Assembly: GCA_046481725.1 (NCBI GenBank)
Contig: JAWOJH010000183.1
Coordinates: 1 to 35,648 of the forward strand
Source: Methyloceanibacter sp.
GTDB taxonomy: Bacteria; Pseudomonadota; Alphaproteobacteria; Rhizobiales; Methyloligellaceae
DNA length: 35,648 bases
Direction of reading: 5' to 3'
The position numbers and the translations under genes were made by a program. The notes under the pieces were generated by a model, which was given only the letters and a program-made list of their open reading frames with translations, was not told the origin of the DNA and made no database searches. Below are positions 16,564 to 25,917 of the stretch, in pieces. Numbering within the stretch: the first letter of the stretch is position 1; each line of letters starts with the position of its first letter.

Positions 16564-17571
16564 TCACCGTCCTTTGCCGAGCGCATGGAGGGTGACCGCG
16601 GTGGCGGCGCCACCGATGGCGAGCAAAGCGAGATCGGCCGCGGTCGAGTTTGCCAGCACGGCGGCGACGGCGAGACCGGCAAGCACCAGGCAGAGCCCGA
16701 ACACGCGCGCGGTGACTTGCGGCACGCGCAAGCCCGCCGTCACCGCCCGCTGATAGAAGTGCGTGCGATGCGCGGCGAACACCCGCTCGCCCGCGACCAG
16801 TCGCCGGAACAAGGTTAAAGTGGAATCGGCCAGCGTGTAGAGCGCCAGCAACAGCGCCGCAGCGAGGTTGGTCTCCGCCACGAAAATCAGCATGAAGGCG
16901 AGCAGCAGCCCGATCGGCAGGCTGCCGGCGTCGCCGAGAAAGATGCTGGCCGGATGTTTGTTGAAGACGGCGAAGCCGATTGTCGCGCCGAGCAGCGTCA
17001 GCGCCAGCAGCGACACGGTCGCCGGCACCGCGCCCAGCACATGCAAGATGACGACGCCGAGCGTCATCGGCACCAATTGCGCTACCGTCATCCAGTCGAG
17101 CCCGTCGAGGAAGTTGACCGCGTTGACGAACCACATGATGCCGAGCAGCAGCAGCACGTCCTCGACGCCCGCTGGCATCAGGCCGGGGAACAGCCGCAGC
17201 TCCTGTGGCAGCGTTCCGACCAGGACGAGCGCCGCGAGGGCCTGCCCCTTCAGCCGCGACCAGACGGGCAGCGTATAGGCGTCGTCGATCGCGCCGAGCA
17301 GAGTCAGTCCGGCCGCGGCGACCAGCACGCCCAGGAGGCTCGGTTTGGCGGGCGCGAAGTAAAGCCCGATGGCGCAGCCCGCAAATACCACGGCCATCAC
17401 CGCGAGCCCGGCGCCTTGCGGCGTCGGAACACTGTGCGAAGAGCGCGCATTGGGCTGCGCCAGAAGGTGGCGGACCAGGATCGGCCTGAGCACCAGGATC
17501 AAGAGGGCGGTAAGGCCGGCGCAGCCCGCCAGCAGCAGGACGCCCCACATCGCAGGCTGAACGGAGGGCAT
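16564..17571 (-). CDS. Polyprenyl-phosphate HexNAc-1-phosphate transferase (MraY/WecA family, WbpL-like)
   Basis: Multi-TM. PNARSSHSVPTP, GAIDD, NFLDGLD, FLGDAGS and AHRTHFYQ motifs. Confidence 0.92.
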   Translation of the reverse strand: MPSVQPAMWGVLLLAGCAGLTALLILVLRPILVRHLLAQPNARSSHSVPTPQGAGLAVMAVVFAGCAIGLYFAPAKPSLLGVLVAAAGLTLLGAIDDAYTLPVWSRLKGQALAALVLVGTLPQELRLFPGLMPAGVEDVLLLLGIMWFVNAVNFLDGLDWMTVAQLVPMTLGVVILHVLGAVPATVSLLALTLLGATIGFAVFNKHPASIFLGDAGSLPIGLLLAFMLIFVAETNLAAALLLALYTLADSTLTLFRRLVAGERVFAAHRTHFYQRAVTAGLRVPQVTARVFGLCLVLAGLAVAAVLANSTAADLALLAIGGAATAVTLHALGKGR

Positions 17572-17577
17572 TTTCGC

Positions 17578-19545
17578 TTAATGCAGCGTGCGCGAGGCGG
17601 GCTGCCATTCGCCCTTGCCGGCGGTCGGGTGGCTGCCGGCGGCTGGCACGTAACCCTCGACGGTGGTCCGCAGCACGTCCTGCATCTCCACCTCGTCCAG
17701 CCGGTGGATCGCGTCTTCCAGCCGCTCCAGCACCGCGGCAAGCTCGTCAAACGGCACGATCGGTTCGTTGTTCTTGAAAATGCGCGGATGGCTGGTGCCG
17801 GTCGTGTTCTCGCCGATCAAGAGTTCCTCATAGAGCTTCTCGCCGGGCCTGAGGCCGATATAGGCGATGGCGATGTCGCCGTCGGGATGCGCCTCGTCGC
17901 GCAACTCGCGGCCGGAGAGGCGGATCATGGTGCGGGCGAGATCGTCGATCTTCACCGGCGTGCCCATCTCTAGCACGAACACTTCGCCGCCCGTGGCCAT
18001 GGTGCCCGCCTGAATCACCAGCTGCGCCGCTTCGGGGATCGACATGAAATAGCGGATCACATCGGGATGGGTCACGGTGACCGGGCCGCCGGCCTTGATC
18101 TGGTTGCGGAACAGCCGGACCACCGAGCCCGAAGAATCCAGCACATTGCCAAACCGCACCATGGTGAAGATGGTTGAGGTGCCGCGCTCCTGCGCCAGCG
18201 CCTGGAGGATCTGCTCGGCCAGCCGCTTGCTGGCGCCCATGATGTTGGTGGGCCGCACCGCCTTGTCGCTCGATACCAAAACGAAACGCTCGACGCCGAG
18301 TTCCTTGGCGGTCTCGGCGACCACCAGCGTGCCGAACGTGTTGTTCTGCAGCCCGGCGAACGGATTGGCTTCGACGATCGGGACGTGCTTGTAGGCGGCG
18401 GCGTGATAGATCACCTCTACGCCGAGTTCCTGAATGGTGCGCGCCACCAGCTTGCGGTCGAGCACCGAGCCGAGCACGGCGATCACGGTGGTGGGGGCGG
18501 TCGTCGCGCCTTCACTCTCCTTCTGCAAGCGCCGTTTGAGATCGTCGATCTCCATCGAGATGTCGTAGAGCGCGACCTCCGACAGATCGAACAGCACGAG
18601 CGTCTTGGGGCCGAGCTTGAGCAACTGACGGGTGAGCTCCGAGCCGATCGAACCGCCAGCGCCGGTGATCATCAACACCTTGCCGCGCACATTGGCGGTG
18701 AGCAACTCGAGATTGGGCACCACCGGATCGCGGCCGAGCAAATCCTCGACGTCGATCGGCCGCAGATCGCTGACCTGGACATTGCCCGAGGCGATCTCCT
18801 CGAGCGCCGGCAAGGTCTTCACCGTCACCGGGAAGGCTTCGAGCATCTTCAGCGCGAGACGCCGCTCGCCGCGCGAGGCCGATGGCGTCGCCAGCAGCAC
18901 CTCTTCGACGCGCTCCTCCGCGATCAGCTTGGCGAGCTTCTCGGGCCTCGCCACTCTGACGCCGTGCACCATCTGCCCGGCAAGCGAAGGATTGGGATCG
19001 ATGAATGCGACGGTCTTGTAGCCGCCATGGTCGTTGAGCGCGCGCACGAGCTGGATCCCGAGGGTGCCGGCGCCATAGATAATGACCGGCTTGCGCTTGT
19101 CGAAGCTCAATCTCCGGTGTTGCGGCACGGCCCTGAGCAGCCCGGCGCCGGCCCATTGCCGGCTGAGGCGGATCAGCAGCGCCGCGATCAGCGCGTAAAT
19201 CACGATCACCGAGCGCGGATGATCCTTGACCGCCATCATCAGCACGAGCACCGCCCAGAACAGGGCGGCGATGATTACCGCGACATAAATCCGTGTGGTG
19301 CCCTCGGGGCCGATATAGCGGGTAACCAGCTTGTAGAGCCCGCGAGCTTGGAACACGGCGACGCCGATCAGCGGCGCGGCGATCAAGAGCAGCCACTTCT
19401 CCCAGGTCGGAGGCACATAGATGCGGCTGAGCCTAAGCGTATAGGCGGCCCAGATCGCCAGGCTCAGCAATAGCAGGTCGTTGGTGATCAGAAGCGCCCG
19501 CTTGAACCAGCGAGGACGGGCGATCAGCCATTCGGCAAGACGCAT
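17578..19545 (-). CDS. Membrane-bound UDP-GlcNAc 4,6-dehydratase (WbpM/CapD/PglF family)
   Basis: N-terminal TMs, IEDLLGR-like VEDLLGRD, GAGGSIGSEL, HAAAYKHVP, SDKAVRPTNIMGASK, VRFGNVL and GLRPGEKLYEEL. Confidence 0.95.
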   Translation of the reverse strand: MRLAEWLIARPRWFKRALLITNDLLLLSLAIWAAYTLRLSRIYVPPTWEKWLLLIAAPLIGVAVFQARGLYKLVTRYIGPEGTTRIYVAVIIAALFWAVLVLMMAVKDHPRSVIVIYALIAALLIRLSRQWAGAGLLRAVPQHRRLSFDKRKPVIIYGAGTLGIQLVRALNDHGGYKTVAFIDPNPSLAGQMVHGVRVARPEKLAKLIAEERVEEVLLATPSASRGERRLALKMLEAFPVTVKTLPALEEIASGNVQVSDLRPIDVEDLLGRDPVVPNLELLTANVRGKVLMITGAGGSIGSELTRQLLKLGPKTLVLFDLSEVALYDISMEIDDLKRRLQKESEGATTAPTTVIAVLGSVLDRKLVARTIQELGVEVIYHAAAYKHVPIVEANPFAGLQNNTFGTLVVAETAKELGVERFVLVSSDKAVRPTNIMGASKRLAEQILQALAQERGTSTIFTMVRFGNVLDSSGSVVRLFRNQIKAGGPVTVTHPDVIRYFMSIPEAAQLVIQAGTMATGGEVFVLEMGTPVKIDDLARTMIRLSGRELRDEAHPDGDIAIAYIGLRPGEKLYEELLIGENTTGTSHPRIFKNNEPIVPFDELAAVLERLEDAIHRLDEVEMQDVLRTTVEGYVPAAGSHPTAGKGEWQPASRTLH

Positions 19546-19693
19546 CAAGGGCCACCCCGAACCGGCCCTTGGGGCCGGAATCCTTGCGTTCCCGTGGCGG
19601 GTTAGTGCGTCGCACCATAACCGAAGCCTTGCCCCAACGGAAGGGAGCCAGCGCGGGAAGCCGCCGCGACGTCTGGCGCTTGGCGGCATCCGC

Positions 19694-20377
19694 TTAACCG
19701 AGGATCAGCACTTGCAGGCGGCGGGGGCCATGCGCGCCGCGCACGATGGTTTGCTCGATATCGGCGGTGCGCGACGGGCCGCTGATCAGGTTGACCGTGC
19801 GCGGCAATCGCCCCTCGCCAAAGGCCGAGCGCAGCCGGTCCCAGGCCTCTTCATAAGAGCCGGCGATGTCCGATGCGGCGACGACAATGGTGTGCGCCTC
19901 GGGCAGGAAGTTCAAACTGGTCGGATTGTCGGCGCCCGAGACCAAGAACAAAGTGCCGGTCTCGGCCGCGGCGGCCATGGCGCGCGACACGGTCGCCTTA
20001 TCCCCGGCCTCGGCCGGGCCGATGGCGCGCTCGATGTCCCAGGCCTCGCGCCAGGGGAGGGCGGCTAGCACCGGGTCCTTCCCCATGCGCACCTGCGGCG
20101 GCAGGTTGCAGGTACCGAGATACGACGCGATCGCCGCAACCGCCTCTCGTCCCGTCGCTACGCGGCGGACATCGGCGCCCTGCCGGGTGAGCATCTCGGT
20201 GAACAGTGCCACACAGGCCTCGCGGTCTCTCTTGGCGCGCTGCGGGATGGTATTGCGCGGATGAAGTTCGAGCCGCCGCGCCACCGCCCCCTTGCGGGTC
20301 CGATCGAGGCTTACCACGCCGAGCGCGGCACGAATGCGGTCAATCACGACTTTTCGTGCCTGGTCGGTCCCGCTCAT
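19694..20377 (-). CDS. lutC: Lactate utilization protein C (LUD domain)
   Basis: AAAETGT and ISGPSRTADIEQTIVRGAHGP motifs; third gene of the operon. Confidence 0.9.
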   Translation of the reverse strand: MSGTDQARKVVIDRIRAALGVVSLDRTRKGAVARRLELHPRNTIPQRAKRDREACVALFTEMLTRQGADVRRVATGREAVAAIASYLGTCNLPPQVRMGKDPVLAALPWREAWDIERAIGPAEAGDKATVSRAMAAAAETGTLFLVSGADNPTSLNFLPEAHTIVVAASDIAGSYEEAWDRLRSAFGEGRLPRTVNLISGPSRTADIEQTIVRGAHGPRRLQVLILG

Positions 20378-21792
20378 GTTCTCTGCTTCCGCCGCGCGTA
20401 AAGACTGTGGAAGGTGCGGCCCTCCGGTGCTGGGAGGTCACGGGTCTTGGTCCAGGCTTTGGCCAGCGGCAGACTGTTCAGCCGGCCATGCCTGCCGCGC
20501 CGCGCTAGCGCGCGGGCGAGGAAAGCGGCGAGCGCGTGATAAAGGCGCGGCCGTTTGGCGGCGTAAGCCCAGAGTTTGAGGAAAAGCCGCTCGGAGAAGG
20601 ACGGGTTGCCGCGGGCGAAGTCGCGCTCCCGCCAGGCGCGCAGCATGTCGGGGAGCGGAATATCCATCGGGCACACCGCCTCGCAGCGTCCGCAAAAGCT
20701 CGACGCGTGCGGCAGATCGCGCGCGCGGTCGATGCCTTGCAGTTGCGGCGTCAGCACGGCCCCCATCGGTCCCGGATAGACCGAGCCGTAGGCGTGGCCG
20801 CCGATCGCGCCATAGACCGGGCAATGATTGAGGCAGGCACCGCAGCGGATGCAGCGCAGCATGGCGGCGAACTCGTTGCCGAGCATCTCGCTCCGCCCAT
20901 TGTCCAAAAGCACGACGTGGTAGGCCTGCGGCCCGTCGGGATCGCGGTCGCGGCGCGGGCCGGTCGTGAACGTCGTGTAGGTGGTGATCTCCTGACCCGT
21001 GGCCGAGCGGGCAAGCAGGCGGAGGATCGTGCAGGCGTCCTCCAGGGTCGGCACCAGCTTCTCGATCGAGGCGATGACGATATGCACCCGCGGCAGGCTG
21101 GCGGTGAGATCGCCATTGCCCTCATTGGTGACGATCACCGACGATCCCGTCTCGGCGATCAGGAGATTGGCGCCGGTGATGCCCACGTCGGCGGCGAGGA
21201 ATTTCTCGCGCAGCACCTTGCGTGCCTCGGCGACGAGATGCTCCGGCCGGTCGAGCCGCCTTCCATGCGGCAGACGCTGATGCGCGCGGCGGAAATCCGT
21301 CTCGATGGTCTCCTTGTTGAGATGGATCACCGGGGCGATGATATGGCTCGGCCGCTCGTGCCTGAGCTGCACGATATATTCGCCGAGATCGGTTTCCACG
21401 ACCTCGATCCGGGCGGCCTCGAGATAGGCGTTGAGCCCGATCTCCTCCGACACCATCGACTTGCCCTTGGTGACGAGCTTGGCTCCCGCCTCCTGGCAAA
21501 GCTTCAAGATGATGTCGCGCGCCTCGGCCGCGTCCACCGCGTAATGCACGCTTCCGCCGCTCTCGGTGACCTTGCGCTCATAGGCCTCCAGATAGAGATC
21601 GAGATGAGCGAGCGTGTGATCCTTGATGGCCCGTGCCTCTTGCCGCAAGGTATCGAACTCCGGCAGCTTCGCCTCCGCCGCTTGTCGCTTGTCGACGAAG
21701 CCGCGCTTGACGTTCTGTAGCGCCCGTTGCAACGGCGCATCGTTAAGCGCGCGGCCCGCGCTTCGCTTGAAGTCGTGGCGGCTCTGCTCCAT
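20374..21792 (-). CDS. lutB: Lactate utilization Fe-S protein B (LutB/LldF)
   Basis: ETDLGEYIVQL, VTNEGNG, CIRCGACLNHCPVY and FCGRCEAVCP. Confidence 0.95.
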   Translation of the reverse strand: MEQSRHDFKRSAGRALNDAPLQRALQNVKRGFVDKRQAAEAKLPEFDTLRQEARAIKDHTLAHLDLYLEAYERKVTESGGSVHYAVDAAEARDIILKLCQEAGAKLVTKGKSMVSEEIGLNAYLEAARIEVVETDLGEYIVQLRHERPSHIIAPVIHLNKETIETDFRRAHQRLPHGRRLDRPEHLVAEARKVLREKFLAADVGITGANLLIAETGSSVIVTNEGNGDLTASLPRVHIVIASIEKLVPTLEDACTILRLLARSATGQEITTYTTFTTGPRRDRDPDGPQAYHVVLLDNGRSEMLGNEFAAMLRCIRCGACLNHCPVYGAIGGHAYGSVYPGPMGAVLTPQLQGIDRARDLPHASSFCGRCEAVCPMDIPLPDMLRAWRERDFARGNPSFSERLFLKLWAYAAKRPRLYHALAAFLARALARRGRHGRLNSLPLAKAWTKTRDLPAPEGRTFHSLYARRKQRT

Positions 21793-21802
21793 CGCCCGGC
21801 CC

Positions 21803-22594
21803 TCAGCTCTTCTGCCGTGGCGCGGCGATGGACGGCGCGTCGGTCATGCCGGCCAGCACCTCCGCCACGTGGCGCACTTCGACGCTTTCGCGGTCGCGCT
21901 TGAGCCGCCCGGCGATCTGCAACAGGCAGCCGAGATCGCCGGCCAGCAGCGTCGGGGCGCCGCGATCGGCGATGTCCCTGATCTTGGCATCGAGGATCGC
22001 CGTCGAGATGTCGGGATATTTCACCGAGAAGGCGCCGCCGAAGCCGCAGCAGCTTTCGTTCTCTTCGAGTTCGATCAAAGTGAGCCCGTCGACGCTTCGC
22101 AGCAATTGGCGCGGCGCCTCGAAGATGCCGAGCTCCCGCAGCGACGAGCAGGAATCGTGATAGGCGACGCTACCCTCGAAGCTCGCATCGACCCTGGTGA
22201 GGCCGAGCACCCGTACCAGAAACGAAGTCAGCTCGAAGCTCTTGGCCGCGATCGCCTCGGCCGCCTCGGCAAACTCGGGGTCATCGGCAAGCAGCCGCGG
22301 GTAGTGGACCCGCAACATGCCGGCGCAGGAGCCGGACGGCGCCACCACATAATCGAACGGTGCGAAGGTTTCGACGACCTGCCGGGCGATTGAAGCGGCA
22401 TCCCGCCGGTCGCCGGCATTATAGGCGGGCTGGCCGCAACAGGTCTGCGCGCGGGGCACCTCGACCAGCGCGCCGCCTGCCTCGAGCAGCTTGATCGCCG
22501 CGAAGCCGACACTCGGCCGGAATAGATCGACGAGGCAGGTGACGAACAGCCCGACGCGCGGGCGCTCGCCGGAAGAAGCAAGCGTAGTGGTCAT
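21803..22594 (-). CDS. lutA: Lactate utilization protein A (CCG-domain Fe-S oxidoreductase, LutA/LldE)
   Basis: LFVTCLVD, QTCCGQP, SGSC, YHDSC, CCGFGG and DLGCL. Confidence 0.93.
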   Translation of the reverse strand: MTTTLASSGERPRVGLFVTCLVDLFRPSVGFAAIKLLEAGGALVEVPRAQTCCGQPAYNAGDRRDAASIARQVVETFAPFDYVVAPSGSCAGMLRVHYPRLLADDPEFAEAAEAIAAKSFELTSFLVRVLGLTRVDASFEGSVAYHDSCSSLRELGIFEAPRQLLRSVDGLTLIELEENESCCGFGGAFSVKYPDISTAILDAKIRDIADRGAPTLLAGDLGCLLQIAGRLKRDRESVEVRHVAEVLAGMTDAPSIAAPRQKS

Positions 22595-22690
22595 GGCGCC
22601 CGGCTAGCTTTGCACATTGTGGCGGGGGATAGCAGCCAGGATGTAGCATCGGCCGCGCGAGTCGGAAATGCGAATCGCGGCCACGAGCGA

Positions 22691-23764
22691 ATGAGCAAGG
22701 GCATGGCGAGAGCGGCAGGCATATTGGCGGTGCTGGCACTGTTGCCGCTGACGGCCCTGGACGGGCCGGCGGCGGAGCCACCGGTGCGCCTTGTCACGCC
22801 GCTCGCCTACGGCACGCATCTGCCGGGTCTCGGCGAGCCTGCCCACACGCTTGCCCGGCTGATCAAGGAGCGCTCGGGCGGCGCGCTCCTGATCGAGCTG
22901 AAGCAGCCCGGCGAGGCGGCGAAGTCGCACGAGATTCTCGACCAGGTTGCGAGCGGCGCGGTCGACGCCGGATTCGCCAATTCGGGTTTTTGGGCGGCCA
23001 AGCTTTCCGCTGCGCCGCTCTTCTCGGGCTATCCGTTCGGCCCCGGCGCCGAGGGCTATTTCGCCTGGTTCGAGCAGGGCAACGGCCGGAAGCTCTATCA
23101 GGAGATGTACGACCATGCCGGCATCAAGGTCCATGTCCTGCCTTGCGCCTTCGGCGGGGGCGAGGCCGGCGGCTGGTTCAACAAGGAGATCAAGACCAAA
23201 GCCGACCTGAAAGACCTGCGCATGCGCATCTTCGGCCTGGGCGGGCGGGTGATGGCGCGGACCGGCGCCACCACCGTACTCATCCCCGGCGGCAATGTCC
23301 TCGCCGCCTTCGACAAGGGCGAGATCGACGCCGCCGAGCTTTATCCGCCGGCGGTGGATGCCCGCCTGCCGCTCAAGGACAAGATCAAGCTGATCTATGC
23401 GCCGGGCTGGCACCAGCCGGAGACGGTGCTGGAACTGATCGTTAACCAGGCACGCTGGGAAGCGCTCTCGCCGCAACAGCGGGGCTTGATCGAGGGCGCC
23501 TGCCTCGCGACCCTGCAAGCGACCCTCGCGGAGAGTGCCAAGCTTCAGGCCGAGGCGCTTGCCGGCCTCGCCAAGGAGGGGGTCAGGATCGAGCCCTTCC
23601 CGGAGGAGGTGCTGGCCGCACTCCGCGCCGCCTGGGCGGAAATCGCCAAGGAGGAGGGCGACCGCGACTATTTCTTCCGCACCGCGCTCGACGACATCGA
23701 AAAATTCGGAGAGAAAAATCAAGGCGCTGCCGAGCCGGCAGGGGACCTGCCCGCGCTTCAATAA
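22691..23764 (+). CDS. TRAP transporter substrate-binding protein (DctP/TakP-like, monocarboxylate/2-oxoacid clade)
   Basis: Signal peptide, GGWFNKEI, LRMRIFGLGG, GEIDAAE and YAPGWHQP. Start is ATG 22691 or 22703. Confidence 0.88.
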   Translation: MSKGMARAAGILAVLALLPLTALDGPAAEPPVRLVTPLAYGTHLPGLGEPAHTLARLIKERSGGALLIELKQPGEAAKSHEILDQVASGAVDAGFANSGFWAAKLSAAPLFSGYPFGPGAEGYFAWFEQGNGRKLYQEMYDHAGIKVHVLPCAFGGGEAGGWFNKEIKTKADLKDLRMRIFGLGGRVMARTGATTVLIPGGNVLAAFDKGEIDAAELYPPAVDARLPLKDKIKLIYAPGWHQPETVLELIVNQARWEALSPQQRGLIEGACLATLQATLAESAKLQAEALAGLAKEGVRIEPFPEEVLAALRAAWAEIAKEEGDRDYFFRTALDDIEKFGEKNQGAAEPAGDLPALQ

Positions 23765-23779
23765 GATTGCGGCGGGAAG

Positions 23780-23803
23780 CCCTCTCCCCACAAGGTGAGA
23801 GGG
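23780..23803. repeat. REP-like hairpin / bidirectional terminator between convergent genes
   Basis: CCCTCTCCCC-ACAA-GGTGAGAGGG stem-loop with one mismatch. Confidence 0.55.
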
Positions 23804-23815
23804 AGGGACGGCCCG

Positions 23816-24217
23816 CTATTCCGCCGGCTGGGTCTTTAGAAAAGCGATGATATTCGCCCGCTCGCCAGCGTCGGAGTCGCCCGGAAAGGCGAGCGCCATC
23901 GGCGAATCGGGGACCATCGCCTTCGGATCGGCGATCCATTTGTCCAGATTGGCCTCGGTCCAGGTGAGGCCGTCCTCGCCGAGCTTCTTCAGCCCCGCCG
24001 AATACGTGGCGTAATCGGCGACGCTCGCCGCCTTGGTGCCGACGATGCCGTTCAGTTCCGGCCCGACCAGATTCTGCGCGCCGGGCCCGACCTGATGGCA
24101 GATACCGCATTTGCCGGCGAAGGCTTCCTTGCCCTTGGCGGCGTCGCCTTCGGCCGAAGCGGGCGCGCCGAAAGCCAACAGCGCGGCGGCAAATCCGCAA
24201 ACTTGGAAAATCCTCAT
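23816..24217 (-). CDS. Class I cytochrome c (c2/c550-like)
   Basis: GGAGGA RBS, signal peptide, EGDAAKGK, heme motif CGICH, VGPELNG, WTEANLDKWIADPK and a distal Met. Confidence 0.93.
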   Translation of the reverse strand: MRIFQVCGFAAALLAFGAPASAEGDAAKGKEAFAGKCGICHQVGPGAQNLVGPELNGIVGTKAASVADYATYSAGLKKLGEDGLTWTEANLDKWIADPKAMVPDSPMALAFPGDSDAGERANIIAFLKTQPAE

Positions 24218-24480
24218 CTCGGTTCCTCCTGTTGCAGCTTGGAGCGGAATCCCTGTTTCACTCCACGAGGGCTGCGCAAGGTTGCTTCCTTTGCTCCTTC
24301 TTGTTTTGACAGGCATTTTAGCAGAGCCGCGAACGGCGCCAAATGCGGCAAGATATTCATGATCACCTCGCCGGAACCGCGTGCAAGCCGGCGGGCAGGG
24401 CATATTGCCCGCCGCCCCTTAAGCATGCGAAAGACTAGGGTCAGGGGCCCCTCCAGCGGCGGCCGCTCCCGGAGCCATCC

Positions 24481-25917
24481 ATGTCGCAGCTTTCCCTGCC
24501 CAACCCGGATTTGGCGGTGCTTCAGCGCCGCGGCGAGATCCTGAAGCAGCTGAAAAAGGTGGCGCCGGACGCGACCCTGATCGCCGACCTGGAAGGCCGG
24601 CGCACCTTCGAGTCAGATGCGCTCACCGCCTATCGCTGCCTGCCGCTGGCGGTGGTGCTGCCCTCGTCGACCGAGGAGGTGAGCGCCATCCTCAGCTTCT
24701 GCCGCGACAATCATATCAAGGTGGTTCCGCGCGGCGCCGGGACCTCGCTCTCCGGCGGCGCCCTGCCGCTGGAAGATGCGATCGTGCTCTGCCTCTCGCG
24801 CATGAACAAGGTCCTCTCGGTCGATCTCCCGAACCGGGTGGCGCGCGTCGAGGCGGGCATCACCAATCTGGCCATCACCCAGGCGGTGGCCGGCGACGGG
24901 TTCTTTTATGCGCCGGACCCGTCGAGCCAGATCGCCTGCACCGTCGGCGGCAATGTGGCGACCAATTCCGGCGGCGCGCATTGCCTGAAATACGGCGTCA
25001 CCACCAATAATGTGCTCGGCCTGCGTATGGTGCTGATGAACGGCGAGATCGTCGATATCGGCGGTTCGGCGCTCGACCCGGCCGGTTACGATCTACTCGC
25101 CCTGATCGTCGGCTCGGAAGGTCAGCTCGGCGTCGTCACCGAAGTCGCCGTGCGCTTGCTGAAGGCGGCTGAAGGCGCCCGTCCCATGCTGCTCGGCTTC
25201 GATTCCAACGAGCGCGCCGCGTCTTGCGTCGCCGCGATCATCGCCGCCGGCATCATTCCCGTCGCGCTGGAATTCATGGACCGGCCGGCAATCCATGTCT
25301 GCGAGCATTTCGTTGCCGCCGGCTACCCGCTCGATGTCGAGGCGCTGCTGATCGTCGAGGTCGAGGGGTCGGAGGACGAGATCGACACCTTGCTGGAAAA
25401 GATCGGCGAGATCGCCGAGGACTTCGCGCCGCTGGTGGTGCGCCGCAGCCAGAGCGCCGAGGAAAGCGCCAGGATCTGGAAGGGCCGCAAGGCAGCGTTC
25501 GGCGCCATCGGCCAGCTCTCCGACTATTATTGCATGGATGGCGTGATCCCGCTCTCCCAGCTGCCCAAGGCGCTGGACGAGATCGGCTGGATCTGCCGCA
25601 AATACCGCTTCGACGTCGCCAATATCTTCCATGCCGGCGACGGCAATCTGCATCCGCTGATCCTCTACAACGCCAACGACCCGCTTCAGCTCGAGCGCGT
25701 GGAACTCTGTGGCGCGGAAATCCTCAAGCTCTGCATCGATCTCGGCGGCTGCCTTACCGGCGAGCACGGCGTTGGCGTGGAGAAGCGCGAGCTGATGCGG
25801 TTGCAGTTCTCCGACACGGACATCGCGCAGCAAATGCGCATCAAGGCGGCCTTCGATCCGGACTGGCTGCTCAACCCCGGCAAGGTGTTTCCGCTGGAAG
25901 GGATTGGACCCCAGTGA
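24481..25917 (+). CDS. glcD: Glycolate oxidase FAD subunit
   Basis: PRGAGTSLSGG, YAPDPSSQIACTVGGN, GSEGQLG, HAGDGNLHP and GEHGVG. Confidence 0.95.
   Translation: MSQLSLPNPDLAVLQRRGEILKQLKKVAPDATLIADLEGRRTFESDALTAYRCLPLAVVLPSSTEEVSAILSFCRDNHIKVVPRGAGTSLSGGALPLEDAIVLCLSRMNKVLSVDLPNRVARVEAGITNLAITQAVAGDGFFYAPDPSSQIACTVGGNVATNSGGAHCLKYGVTTNNVLGLRMVLMNGEIVDIGGSALDPAGYDLLALIVGSEGQLGVVTEVAVRLLKAAEGARPMLLGFDSNERAASCVAAIIAAGIIPVALEFMDRPAIHVCEHFVAAGYPLDVEALLIVEVEGSEDEIDTLLEKIGEIAEDFAPLVVRRSQSAEESARIWKGRKAAFGAIGQLSDYYCMDGVIPLSQLPKALDEIGWICRKYRFDVANIFHAGDGNLHPLILYNANDPLQLERVELCGAEILKLCIDLGGCLTGEHGVGVEKRELMRLQFSDTDIAQQMRIKAAFDPDWLLNPGKVFPLEGIGPQ

Noticed and set aside
25224-25913. Long N-terminal extension of glcE in the ORF track (641 aa)
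   Set aside because: It overlaps glcD in another frame and is Arg-rich nonsense. GlcE-like sequence starts at the GTGA overlap at 25914.
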